A stretch of 64,000 nucleotides of DNA from an uncultured bacterium (GTDB lineage: Bacteria > Zixibacteria > MSB-5A5 > CAIYYT01): contig CAVSCK010000001.1 in NCBI GenBank assembly GCA_963726455.1, forward strand, positions 32,001 through 96,000, in the 5' to 3' direction. The notes beneath the pieces are model-generated. The model did no database searches and was not told the DNA's origin. It saw only the letters and a list, made by a program, of their open reading frames with translations. Of the stretch, positions 28,848-39,307 are shown in pieces; the first letter of the stretch is position 1, and each line of letters begins with the position of its first letter. A program made the translations under genes and the position numbers.

Positions 28848-29750
28848 ATGAGAAATCACCTGATGAAGTTGGTAATCTTCGCCGGATTACTTTCGACTCT
28901 CCTGATCGGTTGGAGCGGTCTGGCCCTTGCCGAAGACAACCACGGCTTTACGACGTTCCGTTCGGGCGTCGGCGCGCGTGCTTTGGCCATGGGCGGTGCC
29001 TATACCGCAGTTGCCGACAACGCAGATGCAGGGTATTGGAACCCCGCAGGACTGACAGGGATCGAAAGGTTCAATCTTACCAGCATGATTTCCGCTAATA
29101 TGTCCTATGATCGAAAGTATAATTACCTCGCTCTGGGATATAATTTCGGAAGAGCCGGCTGGGGAGGATTTTCCTGGGTGAACGGCGGCATGAAGGATCT
29201 CGCAAAGACGGACGGCGGCTTTAATGGCAGCGGCACGTTCAATGCGGATGAACATGGATTCCTGTTTAGCTATGCTAACAAGATGAACAGACTCAATGTG
29301 GGTATGACCTTTAAGGTCGCCTACTCGAAAATCGACAGTTACTCCAAGACCGGTGTTGGCTTTGATGCCGGTATCAAGTATCTGTTGAGCGACAATGTTC
29401 ATCTCGGTATTACCGCGAGAGACCTTGGCACGAAGATCGGCCGTGATCACATCCCGGCCAACTTCCACCTGGGTATCGCTGCTTTTGCGTTTGAAGGTTT
29501 TACCTTCGCGGCTGATGTCGAAAAGATTCAGTACCGTGACAACGTGAAGGCGCATCTCGGCGCCGAGTACGATTATGAATTTGCTCAGAATTACTTCGGC
29601 GCGGTCCGCGCCGGTGTCAATGACGGCAAGTTCTCGGTCGGTGCCGGCCTCACCGTGATGGGCAAGTATGCCATCGATTATGCATACGTCACCGAGCAGG
29701 AAACTTTCCTGGGCGAGAATCATCGCGTCTCCTTGACGCTGAGCTTCTAA
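28848..29750 (+). CDS. PorV/PorQ-family (UPF0164-like) outer-membrane beta-barrel
   Basis: GARALAMGGAYTAVAD..A.YWNPAGL N-terminus; amphipathic strands; C-terminal HRVSLTLSF. Confidence 0.88.
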   Translation: MRNHLMKLVIFAGLLSTLLIGWSGLALAEDNHGFTTFRSGVGARALAMGGAYTAVADNADAGYWNPAGLTGIERFNLTSMISANMSYDRKYNYLALGYNFGRAGWGGFSWVNGGMKDLAKTDGGFNGSGTFNADEHGFLFSYANKMNRLNVGMTFKVAYSKIDSYSKTGVGFDAGIKYLLSDNVHLGITARDLGTKIGRDHIPANFHLGIAAFAFEGFTFAADVEKIQYRDNVKAHLGAEYDYEFAQNYFGAVRAGVNDGKFSVGAGLTVMGKYAIDYAYVTEQETFLGENHRVSLTLSF

Positions 29751-29771
29751 GCTAATTCGCTTCGAAGATAG

Positions 29772-29805
29772 ACGCCCCGTTCTTTCACGAACGGGGCGTT
29801 TTTTT
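29772..29805 (+). terminator. Intrinsic terminator
   Basis: acgccccgttc...gaacggggcgt plus T tract. Confidence 0.88.
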
Positions 29806-29919
29806 ATCGGCAGTAATCCAAGCCAATTTCTCGCGTAAGTAATGTGCTGGGAGTTTCCCCTTGATTTAATGCCCGGATTAGCTAAGATTAGGCCGTACAC
29901 TCCAGGAAGGTGGTCAAAA

Positions 29920-32325
29920 GTGAAAGACTATAACGAAATCGTCGAGTGCGATATTCCCGATGAATTGCCACTGCTGCCGTTGACCTCTACGGCTGTCTTC
30001 CCGCATGCGGTGGTGTCCCTGCAAGTGCGTTTGGCCAAGTCTCTCAAACTACTGGAGGAAAAGGGCGGCGAGAATCAGATCATCGCCACTTTCATCACGC
30101 GCAAGGGTATCACGGTTGTCAATTCCATCGAGGACATCCACAAGATCGGCGTCGCCGTGCGCGTCATTTCCAAAGTCAAAATTCCCAACAACACCGTTCA
30201 GCTAGTCCTGCAAGGCATCAGGAGAATCCAGGTCGAACGACTGCTAGCGATGGAGCCATATATCATGGCACACTGCGAATGCCTTCCTGAAACAGGGACC
30301 GTGGCCGACAAAGCCCTTGCCGACAAACTCGAAAAAGCGCTCACGCTGTTCGAGCAGGTAGCTCAACTTGACAATCGTTACCCGGCGGAGATGGTACAAG
30401 TGATGAAAGTCAACGCCGAAGACTATGACCGCTTTGCCGACCTACTGGCCAGCTATCTCAACTTCGGCCTCGGCGAAAAGCAGTACCTGGTGGCTGCCAC
30501 CGACCTCGCCGACCGCTACGACCGCCTTATCAAGCTAATGACCGCCGAAATCCAGAAACTGCATGTCTCTGCCGAGGTGGAAAAACAGGTACGGATCGAC
30601 GTCGACAAGAGCCAGCGCCAGTTCTATCTCAGGCAGCAAATGGATGCCATCAAGAAGGCGCTGGGCGAGGAGGAGGGCACCGGCGCGGAACTGGCCGAGG
30701 TGCGCGAGAAGATCAAACAGGCCGAGCTGCCGGCGCCGGCACAGATTGCCGTAGATCGAGAGTTGGAACGGCTACAAAATATGTCTTCTATGTCCGCCGA
30801 ATATAATGTGGTGCGAACCTACCTTGACTGGATCATTGACCTGCCCTGGAGCCGATCTTCGTCCGACAATCTTGACATAAAGGCGGCCCGTGAAATTCTT
30901 GAGGCCGACCATTATGGATTGGAGAAGGTGAAGGAGAGAATTCTGGAGTTCTTGGCCACCCGACACCGTAAGGAGAATCCTCACGGTCCGATACTCTGTT
31001 TCTCCGGCCCTCCCGGGGTTGGCAAAACCTCACTTGGGAGGTCTATAGCTCGCGCTTTGGCCAGGAAGTTCGTCCGCATTTCGGTAGGTGGGATGCGCGA
31101 TGAAGCCGAAATCCGTGGCCACAGAAGGACTTACGTCGGAGCCATGCCCGGCAAGATCGTCCAGGAGATTCGCAATTGCGGGTTCAATAACCCGCTCTTT
31201 ATGATTGATGAGATCGACAAGATGGGGTCCGATTTCCGTGGCGATCCGTCCTCGGCGATGCTGGAAGTGCTCGATCCGGAGCAGAACTTCTCATTCCACG
31301 ACCTCTATCTCGATCTGCCGTTTGACCTGAGCAAGGTCTTCTTTATTGCTACAGCCAACATGGTTGACATGATCCCGCCGCCGCTGCGCGACCGAATGGA
31401 GGTCATTGAGATATCGGGCTACACGCTCATGGAGAAGGTCAAGATCGCACAGAAGTACCTGATCCAGAGACAGATTGAGGCCACCGGACTGAAAGCCGAG
31501 GAAATCACATTTACCGAGGGAGCGCTCTCGAAGATCATCTCCGGCTATACCTATGAGGCCGGAGTTCGGAATCTGGAAAGAAACATCAGCTCCATCTGCC
31601 GAAAGGTAATGGTGCGGATTCTTGACAGCAAAACCACGTCGGCCAAGATCACCGAGAACGAAGTCGAACAGCTTCTGGGGCCGCCGCAGGTCATTCCTGA
31701 GGTCGCTAATCGCTCTCCAGAAGTCGGTATTGTCACCGGCTTGGCATGGACTCCGGCCGGAGGCGATCTCCTGTTTATCGAGACCACTAAGATGAAGGGT
31801 AGCGGCAAAGTCATGGTCACCGGTCAACTGGGCTCGGTGATGGAAGAGTCGGTGGAAGCGGCCTATTCGTACGTTCGCTCGAGGGCCGACCAGTTGGGAA
31901 TTGATCCTGAAGTATTCGAGCAAGTTGATGTTCACATTCACTTCCCGGAGGGGGCGACTCCAAAAGACGGGCCGTCGGCAGGAGTTGCAGTGACCGTGGC
32001 GCTGATCTCGCTCTTTACTGGACAGCCGGTATTTCCCGATTTGGCGATGACCGGCGAGGTGACATTGCAGGGAAGAGTCCTGCCGATCGGCGGCTTGAAG
32101 GAAAAAAGCTTGGCTGCCTACCGCGGGGGAATCAAGAGAGTGGCGTTTCCAGCGGCCAATGTTAAGGACTTGATTGAGATTCCGGCGGAAGTGAAATCAG
32201 CCCTGGAAATGATCCCGATAAAGACTGTTGATGATGTCCTGCAATTAGCACTAGCGCATATCATCGTGCCTTCCGGGGACGTCATCAGTGAAATCGAGAA
32301 CCTTACCAACAAGACCGGCCAATAG
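29920..32325 (+). CDS. lon: ATP-dependent Lon protease
   Basis: GPPGVGKT, DEIDK, PKDGPSAG (catalytic Ser), IGGLKEK; GTG start at 29920. Confidence 0.96.
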   Translation: MKDYNEIVECDIPDELPLLPLTSTAVFPHAVVSLQVRLAKSLKLLEEKGGENQIIATFITRKGITVVNSIEDIHKIGVAVRVISKVKIPNNTVQLVLQGIRRIQVERLLAMEPYIMAHCECLPETGTVADKALADKLEKALTLFEQVAQLDNRYPAEMVQVMKVNAEDYDRFADLLASYLNFGLGEKQYLVAATDLADRYDRLIKLMTAEIQKLHVSAEVEKQVRIDVDKSQRQFYLRQQMDAIKKALGEEEGTGAELAEVREKIKQAELPAPAQIAVDRELERLQNMSSMSAEYNVVRTYLDWIIDLPWSRSSSDNLDIKAAREILEADHYGLEKVKERILEFLATRHRKENPHGPILCFSGPPGVGKTSLGRSIARALARKFVRISVGGMRDEAEIRGHRRTYVGAMPGKIVQEIRNCGFNNPLFMIDEIDKMGSDFRGDPSSAMLEVLDPEQNFSFHDLYLDLPFDLSKVFFIATANMVDMIPPPLRDRMEVIEISGYTLMEKVKIAQKYLIQRQIEATGLKAEEITFTEGALSKIISGYTYEAGVRNLERNISSICRKVMVRILDSKTTSAKITENEVEQLLGPPQVIPEVANRSPEVGIVTGLAWTPAGGDLLFIETTKMKGSGKVMVTGQLGSVMEESVEAAYSYVRSRADQLGIDPEVFEQVDVHIHFPEGATPKDGPSAGVAVTVALISLFTGQPVFPDLAMTGEVTLQGRVLPIGGLKEKSLAAYRGGIKRVAFPAANVKDLIEIPAEVKSALEMIPIKTVDDVLQLALAHIIVPSGDVISEIENLTNKTGQ

Positions 32326-32336
32326 ATAATATCCAT

Positions 32337-32373
32337 GCAGGGTCCGAAGCCACGCGGGCTTCGGATTCCGTGC
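32337..32373. terminator. Hairpin between convergent genes
   Basis: ggtccgaagcc-acgc-gggcttcggatt stem. Confidence 0.6.
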
Positions 32374-32437
32374 TTGTATCTCTTGTCTGTAATCAGATCC
32401 GACTTGGTGGCGTTTGGAGGGGGCGGATTATTCGCGT

Positions 32438-32761
32438 CTAGTCTGTGCCCAGCGCTTTGAACTCGCCGGTTTCCTCGATCACAACCGGGTAGCCATCAAC
32501 CTGCGAGGGGATCTTCTTTTCAAGTTCAGCCGTCTTTTTCGCAACGAATACCTTGATGCAGGGCTTACCGTCGCGTTCGCCGATGCCTGTGCCGACGACG
32601 CCGGGAAGCGCCATCCATTCACCTGTATGCTGGTCGAGAACTTGCTGTATAGTCTGCTTTGGCATGCTTGCTTCTCCGGTCTTCTGTTTGTCGCCGCTGC
32701 AACTCGTGAGAGTGAATATAGCGAACGCCAATATTAACGTGAATGCAAATCGCAACTTCAT
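32438..32761 (-). CDS. Small lipoprotein consisting only of a paralog of the adjacent protease's N-terminal domain
   Basis: Lipobox-like LTSC; GVVGTGIG..GKPCIKVF..IPSQVDGYPVVIEETGEFKAL aligns with the N-domain of 32840..33868. Confidence 0.8.
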   Translation of the reverse strand: MKLRFAFTLILAFAIFTLTSCSGDKQKTGEASMPKQTIQQVLDQHTGEWMALPGVVGTGIGERDGKPCIKVFVAKKTAELEKKIPSQVDGYPVVIEETGEFKALGTD

Positions 32762-32839
32762 CTCGATTCCGTGCTCCAATACGTTGGGCGGAAGCACCTA
32801 TTGCCTCCGCCCAAAGACGTCTAATATCTCAAGTCGCGC

Positions 32840-33868
32840 CTAGTTCGCGCAAATAGTGGCGTTGAAGCGCTGCAATATCGGACCGATGGGGCTAACGATT
32901 GCCGAGCCGGTATTGGTGCCTGCAAACAGCAGGGCAACCGGATTATTGCCGGAAGATGTGACGACTAACGAACCCGAGTCACCTGACTTGCAGAAGTTGT
33001 TGGAGGTCATGATCTGACCGACAAAGCGAGCGGTACCGTAGGTGTACCCCACGTTGACGGTGACATTGATGGCTGTCACAGTGCCGGTGGTCTGCGACGT
33101 CGTCCGACCGACTTTCTTGATTGCCTGGCCTACAAAGGCGGCGACAGTCGTCGAGCTGGGGAAGCCGTAGTAGTTGGACGGAGTCGAGCAGGTATTGGTG
33201 ACACCGCTAACATATTGTGCAATGGCGGCATCCATGGTGTTATTGGCATTGGTGCTGAAAGTGATCGATTGGAAATCCGACAGGTTGGCAACCAGGTCGG
33301 TTGAGACCTTGTTCGCACAGCGCCTATTTTCATAACGTCCCGGCTGAACAATCGGTTCGCCGATCGCCGCGTAGTTTTGTCTGGCCAATACGTGATTATT
33401 GCTCAGGATATACTTCTGGCCACCTTTGAACACCACGCAACCGATGGTTCCTGCTGCGCATTCATTGTTGTTGCCGACAGAAACGCCGATCGGAACCGGG
33501 CGATAACGTCCCGTCAAAGCCATGGCGACGAATTCGCCGGTTTCTTCGACTTCGACTGGTACGCCTTCGAGAGTAGCTGGGATGGCGTTGACGCCGGCTT
33601 TCTTGGTGAACACTTTGACGACCGGTTTGCCGTTAACGTCGACACCGGTGCCGGTGCCTACGACGCCGTCAATAGCCAGTAGCTCGTCCGTGTGTCTGTC
33701 CTGAACAGCTACGACCGGAGCGAGTTTCTCCATTGTAGGAGCGCCAAACTCAGTGACGGCGGTTGGCTTGGCAGTCTCATTTGTACATCCGTTCCAGATT
33801 ACGGCGGTGCTTAGCGTCAGCAGAAATAGCGCTGCCAATGCCAGGGATAGGAAACGGTATCTCTTCAT
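32840..33868 (-). CDS. Lipoprotein trypsin-like (S1 / Nal1-like) serine protease with N-terminal prodomain
   Basis: Signal peptide ending NGC; catalytic triad in SNNHV, DAAIA, GDSGS. Confidence 0.85.
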   Translation of the reverse strand: MKRYRFLSLALAALFLLTLSTAVIWNGCTNETAKPTAVTEFGAPTMEKLAPVVAVQDRHTDELLAIDGVVGTGTGVDVNGKPVVKVFTKKAGVNAIPATLEGVPVEVEETGEFVAMALTGRYRPVPIGVSVGNNNECAAGTIGCVVFKGGQKYILSNNHVLARQNYAAIGEPIVQPGRYENRRCANKVSTDLVANLSDFQSITFSTNANNTMDAAIAQYVSGVTNTCSTPSNYYGFPSSTTVAAFVGQAIKKVGRTTSQTTGTVTAINVTVNVGYTYGTARFVGQIMTSNNFCKSGDSGSLVVTSSGNNPVALLFAGTNTGSAIVSPIGPILQRFNATICAN

Positions 33869-34451
33869 CTTAGTGGTCCTCCAGACCGTTACGGTTTATC
33901 TTTCTACTCGCCGCGCGCAAGTTCGAGTTCGTGAGGCAGAACTGCGTCGGCAAGATGTGCCACTTCACCTCAAGAGTGGCAAGCGTTCCGAAAATCGGTT
34001 ACCAACAATCCCTCGGTGTTTCACCTCCTTTCGCCAGATTGCCTTCGCAAATGGCACCTATATCGGGACGACGCCGCCACGTATGACGACATCTAAAATT
34101 CAGCGTACTGACATCAATACGACGCAACGCTCTTATCGAACTCTGCGAATCGACAGTTCCTACATACCCGTACGAAGCTCTATAATGGGACTCTTTAGCT
34201 CCAAGATATGAATTGACCGGCGTTTGTCAACCAGAAACTGGACTGACTTTCCCACAACATGGTGCTGCGTATCGAATTGTGGAACTGCGATCTCTCGATT
34301 TCGTTAAAAGACAATTGATGGGCGCGCGACCGTCGTTGGACGGCATTATGGGTTGCTCGAGCGCACAAAATGGTATAACTTATCACGATCGCGGCCGGCG
34401 TTTTGTGCAGGCCGCCAGGTCATTTAAAGAGACGATTATGGAGGTTAGATA

Positions 34452-35294
34452 ATGAACACTATGAAAACGACATTCCTGATGGCCTTGCTGATGGTGCTGG
34501 CAGTCTTTATCGGCTACGCAATCGGCGGCAATGGAGGCATGATGATCGCCTTCGTTTTTGCACTGGGAATGAACGTGTTCAGCTATTGGTTTTCGGACAA
34601 GATCGTGCTCAAGATGTATGGGGCACAGGAAATCACCGAGACCGATTCGCCCAGACTTTTCGCAGTGGTTCGCGATTTGAGCCAGCGGGCTTCGATACCG
34701 ATGCCGCGCGTATATATGATTCCGACCGACACGCCCAACGCATTCGCGACCGGTCGCAATCCGCAGCATGCCGCGGTCGCCGTTACTCGGGGGATCATGA
34801 ACATTCTCACCGAAAATGAACTGCGCGGTGTTTTGGGGCACGAGCTGGCTCATGTTAAGCACAGAGATATTTTGATCGGCACCATCGCGGCCGTGTTCGC
34901 CGGCGCGATTTCCATGCTGGCTCACATGGCGCAATGGGCGGCGATATTCGGTGGCGGTCGCTCGGATGATGATCGCGGCGGTGGCGGACTGGGGCTCTTG
35001 GTGATGGCGATAATTGCACCGATTGCGGCGCTTTTGATACAAATGGCAATTTCCCGTTCGCGTGAATATCTGGCGGACGAGAGCGGCGCGCGCTTCCACG
35101 GTAATCCCCGCGATTTGGCGTCGGCACTGGCAAAATTGCAGCGTGGTGCAGCAGCGATTCCGATGCAGGCCAGCCCTGCGACGGCGCATATGTTCATTGT
35201 CAACCCGCTTAGCGGGCGCGGCCTAATGACCTTGTTCAGCACGCATCCGCCGATGGAGGAACGCATCAAGCGCCTCGAAGCGATGCGGATGTAA
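34452..35294 (+). CDS. htpX: M48 zinc metalloprotease HtpX
   Basis: [30 protein letters not shown] motifs. Confidence 0.96.
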   Translation: MNTMKTTFLMALLMVLAVFIGYAIGGNGGMMIAFVFALGMNVFSYWFSDKIVLKMYGAQEITETDSPRLFAVVRDLSQRASIPMPRVYMIPTDTPNAFATGRNPQHAAVAVTRGIMNILTENELRGVLGHELAHVKHRDILIGTIAAVFAGAISMLAHMAQWAAIFGGGRSDDDRGGGGLGLLVMAIIAPIAALLIQMAISRSREYLADESGARFHGNPRDLASALAKLQRGAAAIPMQASPATAHMFIVNPLSGRGLMTLFSTHPPMEERIKRLEAMRM

Positions 35295-35348
35295 TACGCC
35301 GATGCCACAGCTTTACGAAATCTACGCTTGGGGCAATTTGGAGATATA

Positions 35349-37487
35349 ATGGTTAAGCCAGCAACGTTCAAGACAGCTCTCCTCACTCTTGTTCTGCTTC
35401 TTCTCGGCGTCGCAGTAGGACAGACCCCCGCAAAGGAAGATCAGCTTCCGCCTCCGGTGGCAACGAAAATACCAAAGGCGGACACGACATTGGGAGACGT
35501 CCGCATTGACAATTACTTCTGGCTGCGCGACAAGAACGATCCGGACGTGATCAACTATCTGGAAGAAGAAAACGATTACACCGATTCGATTATGAAACCG
35601 ACGGTTCCGGTGCAGGATAGTCTGTTCAAGGAATTCCTGTCGCGGATCAAGGAGACTGATCTGTCGGTGCCCGAGAAGATCGACGACTACTATTACTACT
35701 ACCGCACTGAACAGGGGAAACAGTACCGCGTCGAGTGCCGCAAGAAAGGGAGTCTGGACGCGCCTGAAGAAGTGATTTTGGATCAGAATGAACTGGCCAA
35801 GGTGCACGGCTATTTCGATCTGGGCGGCTTCCAAGTCAGTCCCGACCAGCAACTGCTGGCCTATGCAGTGGACACGAATGGATCGGAAATCTACTCGGTC
35901 TACTTCAAGGATTTGCGCACCGGCCAACCGCTTCCCGATACGATCTCCAATACCGGCGCCAGTATCGTCTGGGCCAACGACAACAAGACGATCTTTTACG
36001 ACATCCTCGACGAAACCTTGCGACCCTATGAGATCAAGCGTCACACGCTGGGAGATAATCCAAAGACCGACGCGATAGCATTTGAGGAACCGGACAAGTC
36101 GTATTTCATCGACATCGAAAAGAGCAAGAGCAAGGCCTATATCTTTATAGGCGCCGGCAGCAAGACGACGACCGAGTATCGATATTTGGATGCCAACACT
36201 CCGCTGGCAGAGTTCAAAGTAATCGCGCCGCGGCAGCACGGGATTGAATACGGCGTGACCCACCATGACAACCGCTTCTTCATTCTCACCAACGAGAATG
36301 CCACGAATTTCAAATTGATGGAAGCTCCAGTGGCCGATCCTTCCCGCAAGAACTGGAAGGAATTGATGCCTTATCGCCCTGACGTCATGCTGTCGTCATG
36401 CGAGGCCTTCCGCGATTATCTGGTATTGCTTGAGCGCAAGGACGGATCGCAGCAAATTGAGATCCGCAACTTCAAAGACAACACGAGTTATTACGTGGAC
36501 TGGACGGAGCCGGTTTATTCGTATTCTGTATCGAGAAATCCCGAGTACAATACCGATCTGCTGCGATTCACGTACACGTCGCTCGTCACTCAGCGCTCGG
36601 TCTATGACTACAACATGACGACGAAAGCGCGCACGCTTTTGAAGCAGGACGAAGTTCTGGGTGGATATGATCCCACGTTGTATCAATCGCAGAAGCTCTT
36701 TGCTACGGCGAGTGACGGTGTCAAGATACCGATCTCTTTGGTCTACAAGAAAGCGCTGCTGAAGAAAGACGGATCGAATCCGATGTACCTGTATGGCTAT
36801 GGCTCCTATGGCGACCCGATGGATCCCTGGTTTAGCTCAGCTCGATTGAGTTTGCTGGACCGTGGATTTGTATTTGCGATACCTCATATCCGTGGTGGAG
36901 GTGAGATGGGACGGCAGTGGTATGATAATGGCAAGATGCTTACCAAGAAGAATACATTCACGGATTTTATCGCTTGCGCCGAATATCTGATCGCAGAGAA
37001 GTACACCGGCAAGGACAGACTGGTCATTTCCGGCGGCAGTGCCGGTGGACTGTTGGTAGGCGCCGTGGCGATGATGCGGCCCGATCTGATGAAGGTTGTG
37101 ATCGCGGACGTGCCGTTTGTCGACGTGCTCAACACGATGCTCGACCCGACTATTCCGTTGACCGTTACCGAGTATGAGGAATGGGGCAATCCGCATGAGA
37201 AGCCATATTACGACTATATCAAATCGTATGCGCCGTACGAGAATGTGACGAAGCGCGATTATCCCAATATCCTGATTACCGGAAGTTTGAACGATCCGCG
37301 CGTTGCGTACTGGGAACCGGCGAAATGGTGCGCCAAGCTACGCTCGAACAAGACCGACCAGAATTTGCTCTTGATGAAGATAAATATGGACGCAGGTCAT
37401 GGCGGATCATCCGGTCGCTATGAGCGATTGAAGGAACTGGCGCTGGAGTATGCGTTCATCTTCAAGGTTCTGGGAATAAGCTCATAG
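35349..37487 (+). CDS. ptrB: Exported oligopeptidase B (S9A)
   Basis: DNYFWLRD, GGSAGG, DPRV, AGHGG; signal peptide. Confidence 0.92.
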   Translation: MVKPATFKTALLTLVLLLLGVAVGQTPAKEDQLPPPVATKIPKADTTLGDVRIDNYFWLRDKNDPDVINYLEEENDYTDSIMKPTVPVQDSLFKEFLSRIKETDLSVPEKIDDYYYYYRTEQGKQYRVECRKKGSLDAPEEVILDQNELAKVHGYFDLGGFQVSPDQQLLAYAVDTNGSEIYSVYFKDLRTGQPLPDTISNTGASIVWANDNKTIFYDILDETLRPYEIKRHTLGDNPKTDAIAFEEPDKSYFIDIEKSKSKAYIFIGAGSKTTTEYRYLDANTPLAEFKVIAPRQHGIEYGVTHHDNRFFILTNENATNFKLMEAPVADPSRKNWKELMPYRPDVMLSSCEAFRDYLVLLERKDGSQQIEIRNFKDNTSYYVDWTEPVYSYSVSRNPEYNTDLLRFTYTSLVTQRSVYDYNMTTKARTLLKQDEVLGGYDPTLYQSQKLFATASDGVKIPISLVYKKALLKKDGSNPMYLYGYGSYGDPMDPWFSSARLSLLDRGFVFAIPHIRGGGEMGRQWYDNGKMLTKKNTFTDFIACAEYLIAEKYTGKDRLVISGGSAGGLLVGAVAMMRPDLMKVVIADVPFVDVLNTMLDPTIPLTVTEYEEWGNPHEKPYYDYIKSYAPYENVTKRDYPNILITGSLNDPRVAYWEPAKWCAKLRSNKTDQNLLLMKINMDAGHGGSSGRYERLKELALEYAFIFKVLGISS

Positions 37488-37547
37488 CCCTGGTGGATTA
37501 GCAGCTTTTGCAGACAATGCCCCGCGCGGGCGGGAAAGGGACGTTAT

Positions 37548-37811
37548 GTGATATTAGCTCTATCGATTCTGTCTTTGGCGGCGATGCTGACTTCTTTTGT
37601 TCTCATGATGAGAGCAATGTGGTTGCGGACGCCCGACGCGCCGAGTGTAAACAGTTCCAGTCCCAAGGACTGGTTCGTTCCGGTCTGGAAGCAGAGGCAA
37701 TGGTATACCGGAGCGGGCTTCCGTCTGATGGTGTTGGCGCAGATTCTGCTGTCAGTGAGCTGCATTGTTCAACTCATCATCACCGCAACTGGAGCGATGA
37801 GTACGAAGTAA
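37548..37811 (+). CDS. Small two-TM hypothetical membrane protein
   Basis: Two hydrophobic helices flanking a Trp-rich loop; fills the intergenic gap. Confidence 0.5.
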   Translation: MILALSILSLAAMLTSFVLMMRAMWLRTPDAPSVNSSSPKDWFVPVWKQRQWYTGAGFRLMVLAQILLSVSCIVQLIITATGAMSTK

Positions 37812-37835
37812 GGGCTGCCGTGCTTCACGTGGAGA

Positions 37836-39143
37836 CTAGTTGCGCGTTTCCGGAAAGTAACCCAGAGTCTTCTTGAGTTCAAGCTGCGTCATCAAGAGCG
37901 AATAACGATCCTGCAACGCCTGTGTCTCGATGGCTTCCACTTCCAGCTCGGCGTCCAGATAATCAGTGTTGGAAATCAATCCAGCGCCATACGAGACCGA
38001 CGCGATATCGAGCACCTTCCGAGCGAGGACCAGCTTGTCGGAAGTGATTCGGGCCTTGGCATCCATCTTGCGCAGTTCCTGAAACATTATTTCCATTTGC
38101 CGTCGTGTTTCGCTGGCAATGCGATCGATGTCAAGTTGGTAGCTCTTCTGCCGTTCAACTTCTTCCTGCTGCCGGTGTCTGGAATAGCCGCCGTCGAAGA
38201 ATGGGTATGACAGTGTCAAACCACCGACAAAGTTGAATTGCATCTTGTCCGGCTCGGGCATGAAGTTGTTCTTCCACCCGGCGGAACTCACGGCGGTCAG
38301 CGTCGGGCGCAACTGCTCCGAAGCTCCTGACAGGCGCGACAGAGTCTGTTGCTTCTGCAGTGCAACCACTTCCGGTTTTTGCAGTATTAGCGAATCGAAA
38401 CGAACCGTCTGAGGTGGGTTGACCGATATCTGCAAAAGCGAATCACTCGGCTCGAAGAGTTGTACCGAATCTCCACCGCAGACCTCGGTCAGCGTCAGGA
38501 GCGCTTCTTTGAGATCGACGCGTGCGATCGAGAGTTGTTCCTGGTAGGTCTTGAGCTGGATTTCACTCTTGAGTAAATCAAACTGCGAGATCAATCCGTT
38601 GGCGTATTTTGTCTTGCCGTCGTCCAGGTGTTTCTGCGACAATTCCACATATCGCATGAGCAGGTTTACATTGTCTTGCTGCAAAGCGGCTGTGGCATAG
38701 GCGCGAATGGTCTGATACGTCACCTCATTCGCAGCGCCCGCAACGTTGACCTGGCTCAAGTCGCGGCCGACACGCGCTTGAGAGACGATCTTCGAGCGCC
38801 TGCCCCAGTCAAACAGCAGATAGCCGCCGGACAGATTCGCATCCAGCACATTGTGCGTCGCCGTTTTGATCTGAGGAGCGACGATCGGCGGCGGCAGCGT
38901 AAGACTTATCTGCGGAATTCTGGACAGGTAGTTGTAGCTGCCGGTCAACTTGAATTGCGGCAGGTACGCTGACTTGGCCTGATCGACGCGCTGTTCGCTT
39001 TCCTGGACTCGGTTTCGCAACACCGTAAGCTGTTTGTTGTGCGACAATGCCCGGTGCAGCGCCTCGTCGAGCGACAAGGACTGGGAATAGGCACTGCCGG
39101 CCGAAACCAGCAGAATCGTAAGCAGGAGAAGCATTTGCCTCAT
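37836..39143 (-). CDS. TolC-family outer membrane efflux protein
   Basis: Signal peptide from ATG 39143; LSLDEAL..AL..N, YLPQF, LFDWG, YPFFDGG, YGAGLIS..DYLDAE motifs. Confidence 0.88.
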   Translation of the reverse strand: MRQMLLLLTILLVSAGSAYSQSLSLDEALHRALSHNKQLTVLRNRVQESEQRVDQAKSAYLPQFKLTGSYNYLSRIPQISLTLPPPIVAPQIKTATHNVLDANLSGGYLLFDWGRRSKIVSQARVGRDLSQVNVAGAANEVTYQTIRAYATAALQQDNVNLLMRYVELSQKHLDDGKTKYANGLISQFDLLKSEIQLKTYQEQLSIARVDLKEALLTLTEVCGGDSVQLFEPSDSLLQISVNPPQTVRFDSLILQKPEVVALQKQQTLSRLSGASEQLRPTLTAVSSAGWKNNFMPEPDKMQFNFVGGLTLSYPFFDGGYSRHRQQEEVERQKSYQLDIDRIASETRRQMEIMFQELRKMDAKARITSDKLVLARKVLDIASVSYGAGLISNTDYLDAELEVEAIETQALQDRYSLLMTQLELKKTLGYFPETRN

Positions 39144-39307
39144 AGCGGGAAAATGGTGTGCTACTACCCGATTCGCAACATTTAAGAACAAAGAATACAA
39201 AACTAAGTGCTTGAGAATTTCGTATACTTAACTGCCGAATGGTACGCGGGTTGTGGTTTGCCCCGTTTGCGGCTCTGAGCCAAAACCATATCGGAGGAGT
39301 TGGGTCT

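Noticed and set aside
33869-34451. ORFs or an ncRNA in the protease-htpX divergent region
   Set aside because: No RBS, domain or convincing structure; most simply a divergent promoter region.
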